From Negaprion brevirostris (Eukaryota): 64,000 nt of DNA. The stretch spans positions 9,971,071-10,035,070 of the forward strand of contig JARDVH010000157.1 in the NCBI GenBank assembly GCA_030324005.1. Direction: 5' to 3'. Of this stretch, positions 11,237 through 24,984 are shown piece by piece. The translations under genes and the position numbers were made by a program. Each line of letters starts with the position of its first letter. Positions within the stretch are counted from its first letter, which is position 1. Under the pieces are notes generated by a model. The model was not told the DNA's origin and made no database searches. It was given only the letters and a program-made list of their open reading frames with translations.

Positions 11237-13672
11237 ATTGTTTTTGCACTGTTCATTCAGTGTCAGAGAGAAAAGCTAATTTGGGCTGATTTTTTAATCT
11301 AATTCAGCATTAAGTTAAAAATGTTTGGGTTTCTACTCACAGATAACAGCAGGTTATGTCACCTCATTTCCATAAATTAGAAATAATCACATCTTAACTC
11401 AAAATACTGGAGCTTCTTTGAACTTTCCAAGTGGCTGGCGGGCTGATAAACTGATAAATTGTTACTCAGCACACGACCTCAATGCAGCAACAAATGTGAC
11501 ACTTGGATTATATATTCACACACCAATGAGTTCCTCACTCTTTACATATAATGGAGCAATATAACAAATTGTGCGTGGGATGGTCTTGTCTACAGTTGGC
11601 CACATAACTTTCAATTAAACTGATTTATGACTTGAGTAGTCTTACATGATTAGGAGTGCTTCAGAGCTTCACAGACCAGTTTTCTTAGCCAGTGCTCTCT
11701 GATTTTGATGAGGCGTGCCGGGCAACAAAATTAACAAAGTTAATTCCTGTTGGATTTCCAATTAAGCTTGACCTTGCTCATTTTCCAGTTGGAACTTGTG
11801 GCAGGCCTTTGAAAATCCTCTCTTAATGCAACAGGACTTTCTTTGCTATACTGTAAGGGGATGGTGAAGCACACTGCTCTATTTCCTAGATGCGAAGTTC
11901 CCATCATGCTCAGAAACCTATTGAGAAGGGGGCCTTGGCTAGATTTTTGGGCGGGAGTGCCTTAAGAGTGTTAAAAATTAGTGTTTTCTGGGTGATTTTT
12001 TTTCTCGTGATACTAAGGTATTCATGAATCTTGTGCCAGTTGTTAATTTTTGCCTTCAGGTTTTCTTTGTTGGTATTAGTCAATTTGTCAATGGGATCTG
12101 CTGCATTGATGTCAGAGAAAAGGAAGGCATGTGCAACAGAATACAAGGTAGATCATGGAATTCTAGAGTTCCTGCACCCTCCTGTCGTCTCTCTTCACAT
12201 CTGTAGAGTGAGATAAAGTTACTTATTTCGGTAAATGTTACTTGCAGCAACCTTGCAGAATAGGTCTGATAGATGCAAGGACAATTAACGTCAGGTGGTG
12301 TCTGAATCTTAGATGTATCNNNNNNCAGAGGTGTTGAAATCTGATCAATGGCAATGGCATTGTGAAATGACAGAGAGGGTAATTCTCCTTACAACGAGCT
12401 CATGCAGCTTTTTTGTGGTAGCATCTCTTCCATTTGCTTGTAGACCTATCCTACACAAATGAGAGTAAAGTTGATTGCACTTACTGCCATGGTTCTGATT
12501 TCTGTTTCTAATATGTATAGGTTATTAATCTATGATTTATAAAGGGATAAATATAGCTGTGAATTTGGGTTTTTGGATGGTTCTGTCCTTGTACGTGTTA
12601 ATTTTATTTCTTCAAATCAGAACCTGACTAAAATATGATCTCAAAGGTTTTGAGGGAATGCTTCAGGTGATATCTTTGCTTCAACCACAATGCCCTTCAT
12701 ATACCAAATTTGATATTGGAAGATTTTACAGTTATACTCCTGACGATTTAATTCAGCTATTGCAAACATGATGATGATATTGTTCCCCCATCCCCAGTAC
12801 CATTTTTGTAAATTCCTTCTGCAACCTCCTCAAGTCCTTGGAAATCCTTCTTAAATGTGGTGTCTAGAATTGGAAGCAGCACTCTGTCTGAGTGGTCTGT
12901 TTGTTAATGGAAGTATTTACTTTCTTCCTTTTTGAGCCCCATACCGTTTCTTGGCTGAAGCATAATTAGAATAGCAAAAGCAAAAGCTGATGTGCATTTG
13001 AAGCTTTCGGCTATTAACCTGATCATTAAGAGAAGCATTTGTTTGACAAAGGCAGTCCAGATAAATTCATTGTTAATTTAATATTTCTGATCTTGAACTC
13101 AGATTTAATTTGCAATTTGGACTATTTTAATTTTGAAAATTTGAACTATTTTAATAGTCCAAATGTTTAAATATTACCATTGCTACTGTTATGTATTCTT
13201 AATTGTGAAATATTTGATTAGTTAGGCAGGTATCTTAATAATCAAACATATCCCATTATTTTACTTGTTTTCTTTTAAAACATGGAACAATTCTCATGTA
13301 ATTTAAGATAGCTCCTCTCCCAGTTTTATACTCAATTCAGTAAATAGATAAATGTTATTAACGCACATTTTTTAAACAGAGTAATATTGACCCCCTTAAC
13401 TTTACTGAAATGCAACAGTCAAGTGCTAATGTATCCATTTATTTCATTCACAGATGAAAAGTAATTGGTTTAAGTAAAGACCTAGTATCTTTTGCTGTAC
13501 TTGTTTGTTTGACAAATAGAGCAACTTTTTTTAGAAAAAACTTAGGATCATAACTGTGCAATGTCTCGTCATTTTTTTTGTAGCTGTTGATCAATAATTA
13601 AGTGAAAATTCTTTCTCAAGGCGCTCTTCACCACTGATGCACAGTAGCAGCAGTGAGTACCATCTGCAAGAT

Positions 13673-13958
13673 GAATCATAGAATCCCTACAGTCTACACC
13701 GATCACAATCCCACCCAGGAACTATTCCCATAACTCCCCCTATTTACCCACTAATCCCCTGACACTATGGTCAATTTAGCATGGTCACTTAACCTGACCT
13801 GCACATCCTTGTACTCCAGGAGGAAATCGGAGCACCCAGAGGAAACCCACGCCAACACAGGGAGAACGTGCAAACTCCACACAGACAGTGTTTGGAATTG
13901 AACCCAGGTTCCTGGTGCTGTGAGACAGCAGTACTAACCACTGTGGTACTGTGCTGTG
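13673..13958 (-). mobile_element. HE1-type SINE
   Basis: gaatcatagaatcc tail through to the reverse-complement tRNA head (ttgaacccagg...gcagtactaaccactgtg). Homologous to 38172-38511. Confidence 0.85.
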
Positions 13959-13959
13959 C

Positions 13960-14215
13960 CAAATGCATTGCAGAGACTGACCAAGGCTTCTTAAACAGCA
14001 CCTTATAAGCCCACAACCATGACCAACTAGAAGGACAAGGCAACAGATATCTCAGATCATCACCATCTGGAAGTTCCCTTCCAAGGCACTCACCATCCTG
14101 ACTGGGCATGGGTTAAGATCTTGGCACTCCCTTCCTAACAGCACCGGATAAGGGCAATTAAGCATGGGCAATAAATGCTGGCCTAGCCAGTGGAGCCTAC
14201 AGCCCATGAATGATT
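13960..14215 (+). mobile_element. LINE (CR1/L2-group) 3' end
   Basis: Ends gggcaataaatgctggcctagccagt...cccatgaatga. The body is the reverse complement of sequence at 37030-37200. Confidence 0.7.
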
Positions 14216-15999
14216 TTTTTTTAAATTACAGTTCGGCTGATATGCCAGTGTTGATCTTGTCATACCTTATTAATTTAGAAACCTGCTGGAATTGATAACT
14301 AGACATTGAAGTTTTAAAATCTACAATGTAGCTGCAAGAAGTGTCAGACTTTTTGGAATTGCATCCTCTCTGCCACATTGGTGATTGTGTTCTTTCACTC
14401 AACATTGAAGAAGTATTTTTTAAACAACATGTTTGGTAGCTTGCAAGTTGTGAAAATAGTGTTGTTATCTTACTTCTACTGGAAGGGTACTGTGATGCTA
14501 AAGAGGTAAATGTTATTTTAGTTGAACGTTTTAGGATCATCTGCATAGCACAGTCTACAAATTTATTAAATTGTGAAATGGTTGGTAGGGCTCTGTGTTT
14601 GTAATTCTCTGGGTACAAAATTCTGGAGGTCAGTCAAGAGTGATGTGTGGATTGGGGAGGATTATTTGTGTTGCTATCGTGCAAATCAGATTGGTTACAG
14701 GGGAGCACTGGCAGGAATCTGGGATTTGGTTGCCTTGTTTGCCTTGAAAAGAGCCCTGCGTTACTGGGGGGAACAAGTTTACAAAAATGAAGCAAGATAC
14801 TGACGCTGGGATGGGAGTGTGATGGTGGGGGCAATTAGTTGGTAAATCAACAAAGCACTTGCAATCCTGAATCCAAATAAGTTGCACATATTTTTATATG
14901 CTAGTTGTTTCATAAATATGATGGTTTGGATTGAAAGGTTTCAGTTGGATTGCAATCAGACCCATCGTAATTAAAAGCATAATGGAAAAGATTGTTATTT
15001 TTGTTAGTTCATCACACCTGGAAGCCTCTGGCAGCATTGTGACATTTTTGGGTCCTTGTGAGACCAATTATTAAAGGTGAAGTCATACTGAGTACAATGT
15101 GTGTTGCTAAGAGTGGGAATTACTGTAATGAACCAAAGCCCCGGACAGGGAGTCCTGCTCAGGAAGCACAAGTCAGATTTTCAATCATGAAGCAGGAGGA
15201 AAATTAACATCACATGAAATCTTTGAAAACCTCCTGTGTTTTGTTTTAATTTCCTGGAGGGCATATTCAAGGACTACTTCATTTTTTGTCTAAATTAGAT
15301 ATTTTTACATTTCATTATTTCTTTATTTTTGAAAGTCTTGTAGTTAGAAAGCTGCAACGTGGTGTACAGGATTTGTATTGATGCCTTTTGAGCATTCTGT
15401 TTTTATAATGCTATGATGTAGAATTTTGCCCATAAATCGCCAATGCAGAGAAGTCCCGATCCTGGTTATGCCACTGGGGGTGTTTTATTTGGCAAAAGAT
15501 TTTTGATTCTATCACAAAATACTGGTAGACTACATCAAGCAATAAGATATTATATTGAGTGTGCTGTGATTGCTGCCTACAGATATATTTGACTGACATG
15601 ATTGTAATCAGATCTTGCTTGTGTGTTACTAATGCCGTCTGACTTTGTTCACAATTGTATACTTGCCTCAGTGTCACTGCACTATAAATGGCTGAGCTGG
15701 CAATGTACTAAGCTTGCCCTATGATTTATTATACAGTTGCCTGGAAACTACAAGAAATGCGTCATCTTGAATGTATTCCTTTCACACTTTAGCTTTTTGG
15801 TCAATCTAACCACTTAAAGACAACTGTAAAGGATAAATCTTTGGGACCAGTATCATAAGTTTCATCCTGTTATAGAATCTCAAAGAACTTCTGATAGTTG
15901 TGTTGTAATATTTAAACACCTGCATTTGTCAAATTTAAAAGGGCATTTTGTTTGATGCCAGGATAACAGAGGTAACTGATGATCATCTTTGAAGTAATA

Positions 16000-16175
16000 C
16001 CGGGGATCTTTCACATCAGGGTCTTAGTTTAATGTTTCATCTGAAAGATGGCACCTCGAGACAGTGCAGCACTCCACCAATACTTCACTGAATGAAATGT
16101 CAGCCTTTATGTGCTGAAGCCCTGGAGTGGAACTTGAACTCAGAACATTGTGACTCATGGCTGAGCCATGCTGAC
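16000..16175 (-). mobile_element. Deu-domain SINE (SacSINE1/AmnSINE-like) fragment
   Basis: gtttaatgtttcatctgaaagatggcacctcgagacagtgcagcactcc...ctggagtggaacttgaactc matches the reverse complement of the recalled Deu domain plus tRNA-like head. Confidence 0.65.
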
Positions 16176-16227
16176 ATTCAAACAATCCTTTTTAAAGATC
16201 TTTAAATATAAAACTAACTTAGAAAAT

Positions 16228-16267
16228 AGTTTGTCTCTCATCCTTAAAAATGGATGAGAGACAAACT
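16228..16267. repeat. Perfect 16-bp inverted repeat with 8-nt loop
   Basis: agtttgtctctcatcc-ttaaaaat-ggatgagagacaaact. Confidence 0.95.
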
Positions 16268-17264
16268 TTAATAATATCTAATATCATTCTAAAGCAAGTA
16301 AAGTCAATTAAAGATATTACAATTTTGACCCTCTTCCATCGAGTCCACAATGTATCAACAAAATAGACATTGTATTTCCAAATTTTGTTTGAAGTACTCC
16401 ATTAGTAATCTTTAAGAAATAAATTCCATTAATGTACATTTGATATTACACATAGTATTTAGAAAAATAAAAACATATTTTCACCACTGTTTTGGGAAAA
16501 GTATGTATAATTTTAAATGTGTATATCGTTTAGAAAACCAGCAACAAACCCCACAGTAAGAAGTATATTACATATTTGAGCAGGAACTAATGAGGTGTGG
16601 TACTTCACTGTTCAAGTATTGTTTGTTCTGCACTTACTTATTTTGCCTTTTGTTTGTCTGTTTTCTTCTTCACTATCATTTTTAGTCAATAGGGTGAAAT
16701 GGTTTTGCCCATGAGCATCTTTATGGACCACATTCGTGTTGCCTTTTGATTGTCTAGTGAGAAGTTATCTCCTTTTAATGTAAATGTCTAATGGTGGCAG
16801 ATGATTCCCAGCGGGGCTGTAGCAGGACAGTGTGGAGGATTTTGATGTGTCGTAAAATACAGTGCTTAGTTATTTGCCTGTGAATCTAGCTGGTGGAATC
16901 TGCTGGGATTTGAACCCTGGATTTACTGGCCCTGAGACCAATGTCCAACCAATTGAGCTGCCAGAGTCATGTTTATGGAGAATGGAAAGAACTACATTTC
17001 CAGACCTGGCATCCATCGTTTCCCTAAACAATCCAACTGAACACTGGCAAAATCTTGACCTGTGGGGGAGAAGCTGACGTATGAATATTAATGAAGACCA
17101 GTATTTAATGTTTATCCTTTCATTAAAAATGCTACTTCTCATAATTTAGGTTATATCTTTTCCTGGATTCTTCCACCAGAGGAAATAGTTTATTCCAATC
17201 TCACCTATTAATGTTTTTAATCATTTTAAGCACCTCATTAGATCACTCCTTAATCTCCTTAACC

Positions 17265-17392
17265 AAAGAGCAGAAAGTGGAATCGTTGTGGGTGGAGATT
17301 AGGAACAGCAAAGGAAGGAAGACGCTGGTGGGTGTCGTCTATAGGCCCCCGAATAATGATCTGGAGGTGGGGCGGGCTGTTAACGCGCAAAT
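17265..17392 (+). mobile_element. CR1 LINE ORF2 endonuclease fragment
   Basis: Reads EQKVESLWVEIRNSKGRKTLVGVVYRPPN, the APE-endonuclease YRPP motif. Runs into a gap. Confidence 0.9.
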
Positions 17393-18376
17393 NNNNNNNN
17401 NNNNNNNNNNNNNNNNNNNNNNNNNNNNNNNNNNNNNNNNNNNNNNNNNNNNNNNNNNNNNNNNNNNNNNNNNNNNNNNNNNNNNNNNNNNNNNNNNNNN
17501 NNNNNNNNNNNNNNNNNNNNNNNNNNNNNNNNNNNNNNNNNNNNNNNNNNNNNNNNNNNNNNNNNNNNNNNNNNNNNNNNNNNNNNNNNNNNNNNNNNNN
17601 NNNNNNNNNNNNNNNNNNNNNNNNNNNNNNNNNNNNNNNNNNNNNNNNNNNNNNNNNNNNNNNNNNNNNNNNNNNNNNNNNNNNNNNNNNNNNNNNNNNN
17701 NNNNNNNNNNNNNNNNNNNNNNNNNNNNNNNNNNNNNNNNNNNNNNNNNNNNNNNNNNNNNNNNNNNNNNNNNNNNNNNNNNNNNNNNNNNNNNNNNNNN
17801 NNNNNNNNNNNNNNNNNNNNNNNNNNNNNNNNNNNNNNNNNNNNNNNNNNNNNNNNNNNNNNNNNNNNNNNNNNNNNNNNNNNNNNNNNNNNNNNNNNNN
17901 NNNNNNNNNNNNNNNNNNNNNNNNNNNNNNNNNNNNNNNNNNNNNNNNNNNNNNNATCAATTGAGAATTTAAAAGCTGATGAGATCTGTGTTGATGTTGG
18001 AATAGGCTTGAGTGCTGAAGGACCTATTCCTATTCCTAACTGGGAAAGGATTTGTGGGGAAGAAAAATTCCTCAGTGATAAATGGGGAGTTATTGCTGAG
18101 TACCTAACTTCTGCAAATATTCCAGCGAATTTCCACTTTCCATTTACATATGGGTGGGAGTGAAAGCTTCTGGGTTCACTCAGTTGCATAATTGGATTTT
18201 ATAGCTTTGCTTGCTGTGAAACTGTAAAATCTCTCTCACCCACTGTCCGCCCCTTGCCTACTCCGATTCCTGTGCAGGTGGGGCAGTAAGATTCCAGTGC
18301 ATGTACCAATGTACTAAACCTAAAGAACCTTTTAGAGGCCACAAACATGATTTTAGTAACTCGGATTAAAAAAAAG

Positions 18377-19112
18377 GGATGATTTTCCCAGCCTGCTGTG
18401 CTAGGCAATTTAGTCGGCTTCCCGCTGGGTGCCACAGCCTATGTGAGTCTCTGCTCGCTGGATTCCCGGTGCCATCAGCCCCGTGCCGACTTCTGGCACC
18501 AAGCTGTATAAATTATGTAAATTCTCATTTACATACAACTTGATTCCCATTAGTGGGCCAGGACTGAAATCTCCAGGCCTGTGAGCCTCTCCGTCCCCCG
18601 CCAGGAGCATTTCATTCCAACAGGTTTACAACAGCTTCCCAATGCAAGGAGCTGGTGGCTCAACACTGTTGGAGTGAAGGGAGGTCATTGAGGCCCCCCC
18701 GAGAGGGTCAGGGGCAAGGGGGTGCCTCTGGTATTGCCAGGTTGGTAGTGCCAACTGGCACTGCCCAAGGAGTAATGTGGCAATATCCAGGGGATATCTT
18801 CGCACTTCCACCAGGCTTCGAACAGTGCCAAGGGGAACGGGCCTAATAGAGGTGGGGCCTTGGGACCTGAGCCTCTGGAAGGGCGATCGGAGGGGGTCGG
18901 CTGACCCGCTGCCACTCTGTAGAGAAATCAGTGACAGAAGGAGGGAGACCATTGATCAGGCTGGGTATCTGGGTGGGAGGTCAGCCTGCCAGGGGAGGGG
19001 GGAGGTTAGAGGTCAGGGCTGCCAGTAGGGAATGGGTGTGGTTGGGATTGGGAGATTGGGACTCGTGGGAGGGATGGGGTGGAATTGAGCCTGGGTGGGG
19101 CGAGTCTGACTT
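18377..19112. mobile_element. GC-rich MITE-like element
   Basis: Starts gggatgattttcccagcc. The internal tgccagg.tgg.a.tgcca..tggcactgcc motif is shared with ~21800 and ~33790. Confidence 0.55.
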
Positions 19113-21199
19113 NNNNNNNNNNNNNNNNNNNNNNNNNNNNNNNNNNNNNNNNNNNNNNNNNNNNNNNNNNNNNNNNNNNNNNNNNNNNNNNNNNNNNNNN
19201 NNNNNNNNNNNNNNNNNNNNNNNNNNNNNNNNNNNNNNNNNNNNNNNNNNNNNNNNNNNNNNNNNNNNNNNNNNNNNNNNNNNNNNNNNNNNNNNNNNNN
19301 NNNNNNNNNNNNNNNNNNNNNNNNNNNNNNNNNNNNNNNNNNNNNNNNNNNNNNNNNNNNNNNNNNNNNNNNNNNNNNNNNNNNNNNNNNNNNNNNNNNN
19401 NNNNNNNNNNNNNNNNNNNNNNNNNNNNNNNNNNNNNNNNNNNNNNNNNNNNNNNNNNNNNNNNNNNNNNNNNNNNNAATTATATACATGAACCAAAAGG
19501 GGCTTTAAAAGCTTTAGTTACCTTAATGTTTATTTGGAGGACAGACAAAAATAATTTTGAAATGCATTTCGACTTGGAAAGTTTTGACGACTTGACTAAT
19601 GAATTCATGCTTCTTTTTCTGAACTCTGAAATGGGCCGTGATGTGTCATTTACTTTTTTTCTAGTATTTCAATGGTTAATTTAATATGACTGTATGCACC
19701 TGTAACTATCCTCCACCCTTTGGGTTCCTGCCAATAGCAGAAGGTTTAGGACACAGTGTGAAGGTGACCAGTGTGAGTATATCAACTGCACATTCCTAAA
19801 ATTAGCCCAGTCTAATGTGCACACTCAGATCACCACAATGCAGGAAATAAGTAGAAACCTTTTAGCTTCTATTTGTGCATTGCTGGCTGTAGTTGAGACA
19901 CTATTATTTTAACAGTGCCTAGGTATGCTAATTGGCTATTTTTAAATGCTGTGACAAAAATCTCATCCTGATCCCAGTACTTGACAAACTAGTTGTGCTG
20001 GGGTTTAACTGTATGTGCATTGTATTGTTTTCATGACCTAAGACCGACAATGGGTGCTGCTTATCTTGCGTTAAGGATCATATTACAAACACACCTATTT
20101 CGCATTTTTCTGTTAACGTATTTGTGAATGTCAGCAGATCTGAGTTTCTGTACTTCAAATCATATAATTAGGAAACAGCCTGAGGTGACTGACTCCAGAC
20201 TATGGAAAGACAGATGTTGAAATCTGCACTGCTTTGGAGCAGAGTTAAATGTTGCGTACATAGGTGTGACGAGTTTAAAATCAGTTAGTGGGTGCGTTGC
20301 TTTGTTAACAATTCAAATTTTTTTTACTATCTCCTGTTGATCTTCTCAACGTTGCTGTTCAGTTACTGAACCGTTCCAACAATGTGTTGAAACTACATAA
20401 TGAAACTAACTCAAGGTGTAGATTGTTTTGAAGTATAATTTCTTTTATTCTGGGTGTTAATGGAATAATTCTTTAATAAAAAATAAGTAATCTAAAAAAA
20501 GAGAAAATCTGAAGAGTAGGAATATTCTGAAGTGACCATGAACCCTAGTACCTGCTTATTGTTTAGATGCTAATAACTTGACGATTAAACACTGAGCAAG
20601 AAATGAATTTGTCTGTTGGGTGGAAAGATGGATGTTTAAAACTCTAAACAAAGGTGCTGTGTTTACTATTTATACCACAGTTTTGATCTGTTAACTGTAA
20701 GAAGAACTTAACTGTATGGATTGTTATAATGATGATGTGATTACAATTAAACCAACTAAGGGTTTTAACACAATGAGTGCTGCTACTGAGGGAATCTTAG
20801 ATGCTGTTCTGGGCAGTGACAAGATACTTTATTAATTAGGAGGTGTGATGCTTTTGATGAACATAGAGAAATGTTTGAGGTGTTCCCAAGGGGAAGAGGC
20901 AGTGTTGATTTGGTTGAGGATTAAGGCTGAGTGAAGTATTGGAGAGAGACTGTGGAGTAGGCATCTAAGTACTTTCAAAACAAAAAGGCAGAGTAAATTG
21001 CCTGTGAATTGCGTGCAGTGGGATTGTCTGGGATTATATGCCGTGGTCGGAACTTGAAAGCTTTTTAAAGACTTAAAGTGTTTCAGCTTTTTGCATTGGG
21101 ATTTACGACTGATTTTTCTTTCATATTTGCTTAGCAAGTAAACCATGAAAAACCTATAACAAAGATCTGTGAGACCTGTTGGGATGTCCTGAGATTGGA

Positions 21200-22340
21200 T
21201 CAAAGTATTTTTGAAATGCTATCACTGTTGAAACGTGTTAGCCAATTTACGCACAGCTAAGTCCCACAAATAGCAGTGTAATTACAATAAGATAAATTCT
21301 TTGTGATGATGGTTTGGGGATAAATATTGACCAGGGCACTGGCAAGAACTCGTCTGCCCTTTTCTGAAATCATTGGATTCTTGCATCTGCTTGAAAGGGT
21401 AAATGAGACCTTGATCTAATGCATCTCAGAGTGCTTGGGCACCATTTTGCTAGGATGTCCTGATGTGCTGCTAAACTAGGAGGCTCCTGCCACCGCACCC
21501 CCCCCCCCCCCACCCCTCAGAACACCGGATCCTCCCCCACCGCGTCATTACATCATTAGTGGCAAGTTCTTTCCCCTCCCCCCACCCAACACTGACACAG
21601 CTTGCCAACATCAGGGGCTTCCTGATGGATCTGCTGGTGGATCTCCGTCATAACTTCCCTTGTCATGACCCCCTTTGCAGTCCAACCTGCACAACACCCC
21701 CCTGCATGACCCTCTCCTCCTGTCATAGCCCTTCCTGTCATATCCCCCATGCAAGCCCCAGCCCCATGGCACTGCTCCTGGCTCACTTACAGTGTGCAAC
21801 TGGCATGCCAGGTTGGCACTGCCAGTGTGCCTGGCAGGCACTACCTGGCCATGCCCCTGACCACCTGAAGACTTTAGTGGCCTCTGATCTCCCTAGTGTG
21901 GCCATGGCACCTTATCTCTACTGGTGGAAACCAGTTGTGTTTTACGCCCGGCACGACGTCTTGCCAGAGAGATGGGAAGCATCTGGGAGGGGAAAGCAGC
22001 CATGCCGAGCTCGCTAATGACATTGAAATCGAGTCAATCTCGTGAACAAATTTCGCACTCCTTCTGGGCATGAAGTAGTTGGCGCCATTCAAAAGGGTGC
22101 AGGAAGGTAGCAAACCATTTTGTGCCATGTGAATTGGATTTTGTGCCTCGCATCCAAATTTCCCAGCTTGCTTCACTGATTGACAGATGCGGCAAGGTGG
22201 TAAGATTGTGCCCTGCATCTTTGGCAATGCAGCAAACTTTAGTGCTTCACTGCACTAACTAAATTATATGCTGCAATGTCTGGAGTAGGCCTTGAACCCA
22301 CAATCTTCTGACTTAGAATTGAGAGTGCTGTCCACTAAAA
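21200..22340 (-). mobile_element. Deu-domain SINE split in two by a MITE insertion
   Basis: 21200-21430 is the tail and Deu part (agccaatttacgcacagc...gggataaatattgaccagg). It resumes at 22214-22340 (tgcagca...ctggagtaggccttgaacccacaatcttctgact, tRNA-like head). Confidence 0.65.
21437..22213. mobile_element. PIF/Harbinger-like MITE (~780 bp)
   Basis: Terminal inverted repeats gggcaccattttgc ... ggtaagattgtgccc, with a GC-rich, C-tract interior. Confidence 0.7.
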
Positions 22341-24654
22341 GTACAGTCTTCTATATTGACCTTTGTTTGGTAATTAAAAGAAATTTACTTTGTTTTAGCA
22401 GGGGAATATTTTCACTGAAAAGGTGCATTATTTTAAAGAGACAATGTACAGAGTTACTGCATTTTTGCATACCAATCCTATCAGAGGATCATATATGAAT
22501 TTGATGCTGAACATATAATCTAAAATATTCCATGTCAGCGAAACTGAAAGTGCTGTGCAATGGAATAAATTGTGGGACACAACTTGGATGTAAAATTGAG
22601 GAGATATTCTCACACTGCTTTTGATTCACACCAGCACTGTGCACAGCACTATTTATAAAATGACTGCATGAGAATACAATTTAAGTAGTATTCATGCACT
22701 TGTGAGATGTTAAATGACAGCATAATATGCATGTTTTAACCTAGCCAGAGATTGTATGTAGCCTGCAATATAATTGTGGTCTGATTGTTACATTTTGATC
22801 TAATCAAGTACAAGTTCCATCCTAATACCAGCTGTACGGCTGCACTGTTGCTGACTCCTTGCTCTGCTTTGGATCCACTGCTTAGCAGCAACCTGAAAGC
22901 AGACATTTGACCAAAGCTCTGGCGTGACTTCATGAATGAGGAATATTGCTGTGACTCCACTCTTCCATCATTACCGCAGGATAGTGAACAGTGACTGAGA
23001 CATTCTGGTAAATGAAGTTACTCTGCGCAAATAGCTTCCTTCCTAACATTTAGAATTATGAGTTGCGTAGTTGTTTTCAATTGTTTTCTTGAATTCTGCA
23101 TTTCACTAATCTCAATTGAACATTCTCCAAAACAAAGCCAGGTTTTTTAATGTGCGTGAAGTAATTCACGCAAACATTTGCTGTTTCATATTTTAGACTT
23201 ATCTACATTATCCACCTGTTTAATGATACAACCCCTTTTTTAATATTTTTGTCTTTCCTACATTTGTCACCTGAGTACAAAGCTTGATGCGATCAGCAAA
23301 ATATATTTTGTACAAGGAATTCTTTCCTCCGCACTATGAATAAAGTGATCAGCAAAGGGTCCAGTACAGAAACCTCTGGATATAGGCATAGCAAATCTAA
23401 TTCATTCTCACCACTGTACTTCAATCTTTTTTACTGGATGGATTTGGGATTGCATTTTAAGTTTACACAGGTTTGAAGCAAAAGGCCAACAAGTTCATTA
23501 AAGATGCGAGTTAAATTAGATGAGAAAATTTGTGTAATGTCACAGTGCTCAGTCTACTTCAAACTGATACAATAAAGGTCTATTGTCGCATCTTGTGTTT
23601 ATTTGTGAGGATGGCAGAGAAAGTTAAGCGATTTGTTATTTTGTCTTTGATAGAGACCTAATAATCCTATTCGCAGTGACGTGGATACTGCCCCATCATC
23701 ACTTCTGAGATTGGCTGGAGCTTGATTAAGAAATTTCTCTTAGCCACTTTTTTTTTAATGTTTCTAACTTAATGCTCTTCAGTTACTGACTTGTACACCA
23801 ATGGAAATAGTTTTTCCCAATGTTCTTTGGTTACTAACTCATATACCAATGGAAACAGACTTTCCCAATGAACTCTATCAAACTCATAATTTTGAACTCC
23901 TCTGTATGTGATCTCCTATTAGACTCTTTTTTTTAATCAAGACAATGCAGTAATTCCATTCTGTTCTTATAAGCTGATGTAGAAGGGATTCTTAAATTAA
24001 TTCCTTCTATACAAACTCCAGAGCAAAGGCAGCTTTCCTAAAACAAGATGCCCAAAACTGGATACAGTATTCTAAATGTGACCTCACCAGTAAAAAGAAA
24101 CATTTACCAGATAGCCTTCATCCACTAGTTTCAAAGAATTCTAGAGTGTTAGAAAGGCTCAACTTACTAGTTTTAAATCCCTGCTTGACAATTACTTATT
24201 GCGCTCTGTCATCTTTAGATGATTTTTCATAGTAAGATTATAATTTTCATGGTACATTTTCCCATTTACAGCTATTGCGACAAACCTGTTCCGGGAATTA
24301 CTAGCTATGGAAGCAGACAAAAGTATGCTTTTGTACACCACTAGGTGCAGGAAGAGAATTTGACTTTACAGCTATTGGGTTGACTCATCGATAACTTCCA
24401 GGTTTATAACTCAGTACCAATTATCATCGGAGAGAATATTTGCTATTCAAATCTTTGCTTCCTTGCTGAGCTGCTGCGCCAGTTTTTCTGGAGCTCCCAT
24501 CAGTGTTTATGGAACTTTCACTCATTTGTTTGTGGAGTCTTGGGCGTAATCCTTCTGGCCCAGGTATCATGTGGACATTTTAACGTTTTGATTTTCTACA
24601 CCACATGTAATAATACTTTACGTGTTCCAGAACAAAACGTCTCGGTCTGGAATC

Positions 24655-24975
24655 TGGGTACATTAGTGTGTTGGTTACGTAATTGGACCAGGTATTCTAA
24701 GGCCTGGAGTAATAATCCACAAAATGAGAGTCTAAATCCTACCAATGCCATTGGAAATTTGAATTTGGTTTATATTTTAAAGAAAGAAGCTGGGATCGGT
24801 AAAAGTGTTTGTGAAACTGACAGTATAGTAAAAACCCAACTGGCTCACTGATATCCTTTTGAGAAAGAGAACCTGCCATTATTACCTCATAAACATGGTT
24901 GACCCTTAATGACCTTTGAAATAACCTAGAAAGCCACTTTGTTATTTCAACCCGGGATATCCAGCATACCAAGAA
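24655..24975 (+). mobile_element. Old tRNA-derived SINE (same family as 40145-40500)
   Basis: aaaacccaactggctcactgatatcctttt...aacctgcc mirrors the reverse complement of 40290-40335. Degenerate tRNA-like head. Confidence 0.55.
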
Positions 24976-24984
24976 AGAAGAAGG

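Noticed and set aside
12060-12147. Exon-like block after ttttgccttcag
   Set aside because: Weak donor (gtagat) and no recognisable peptide in any frame.
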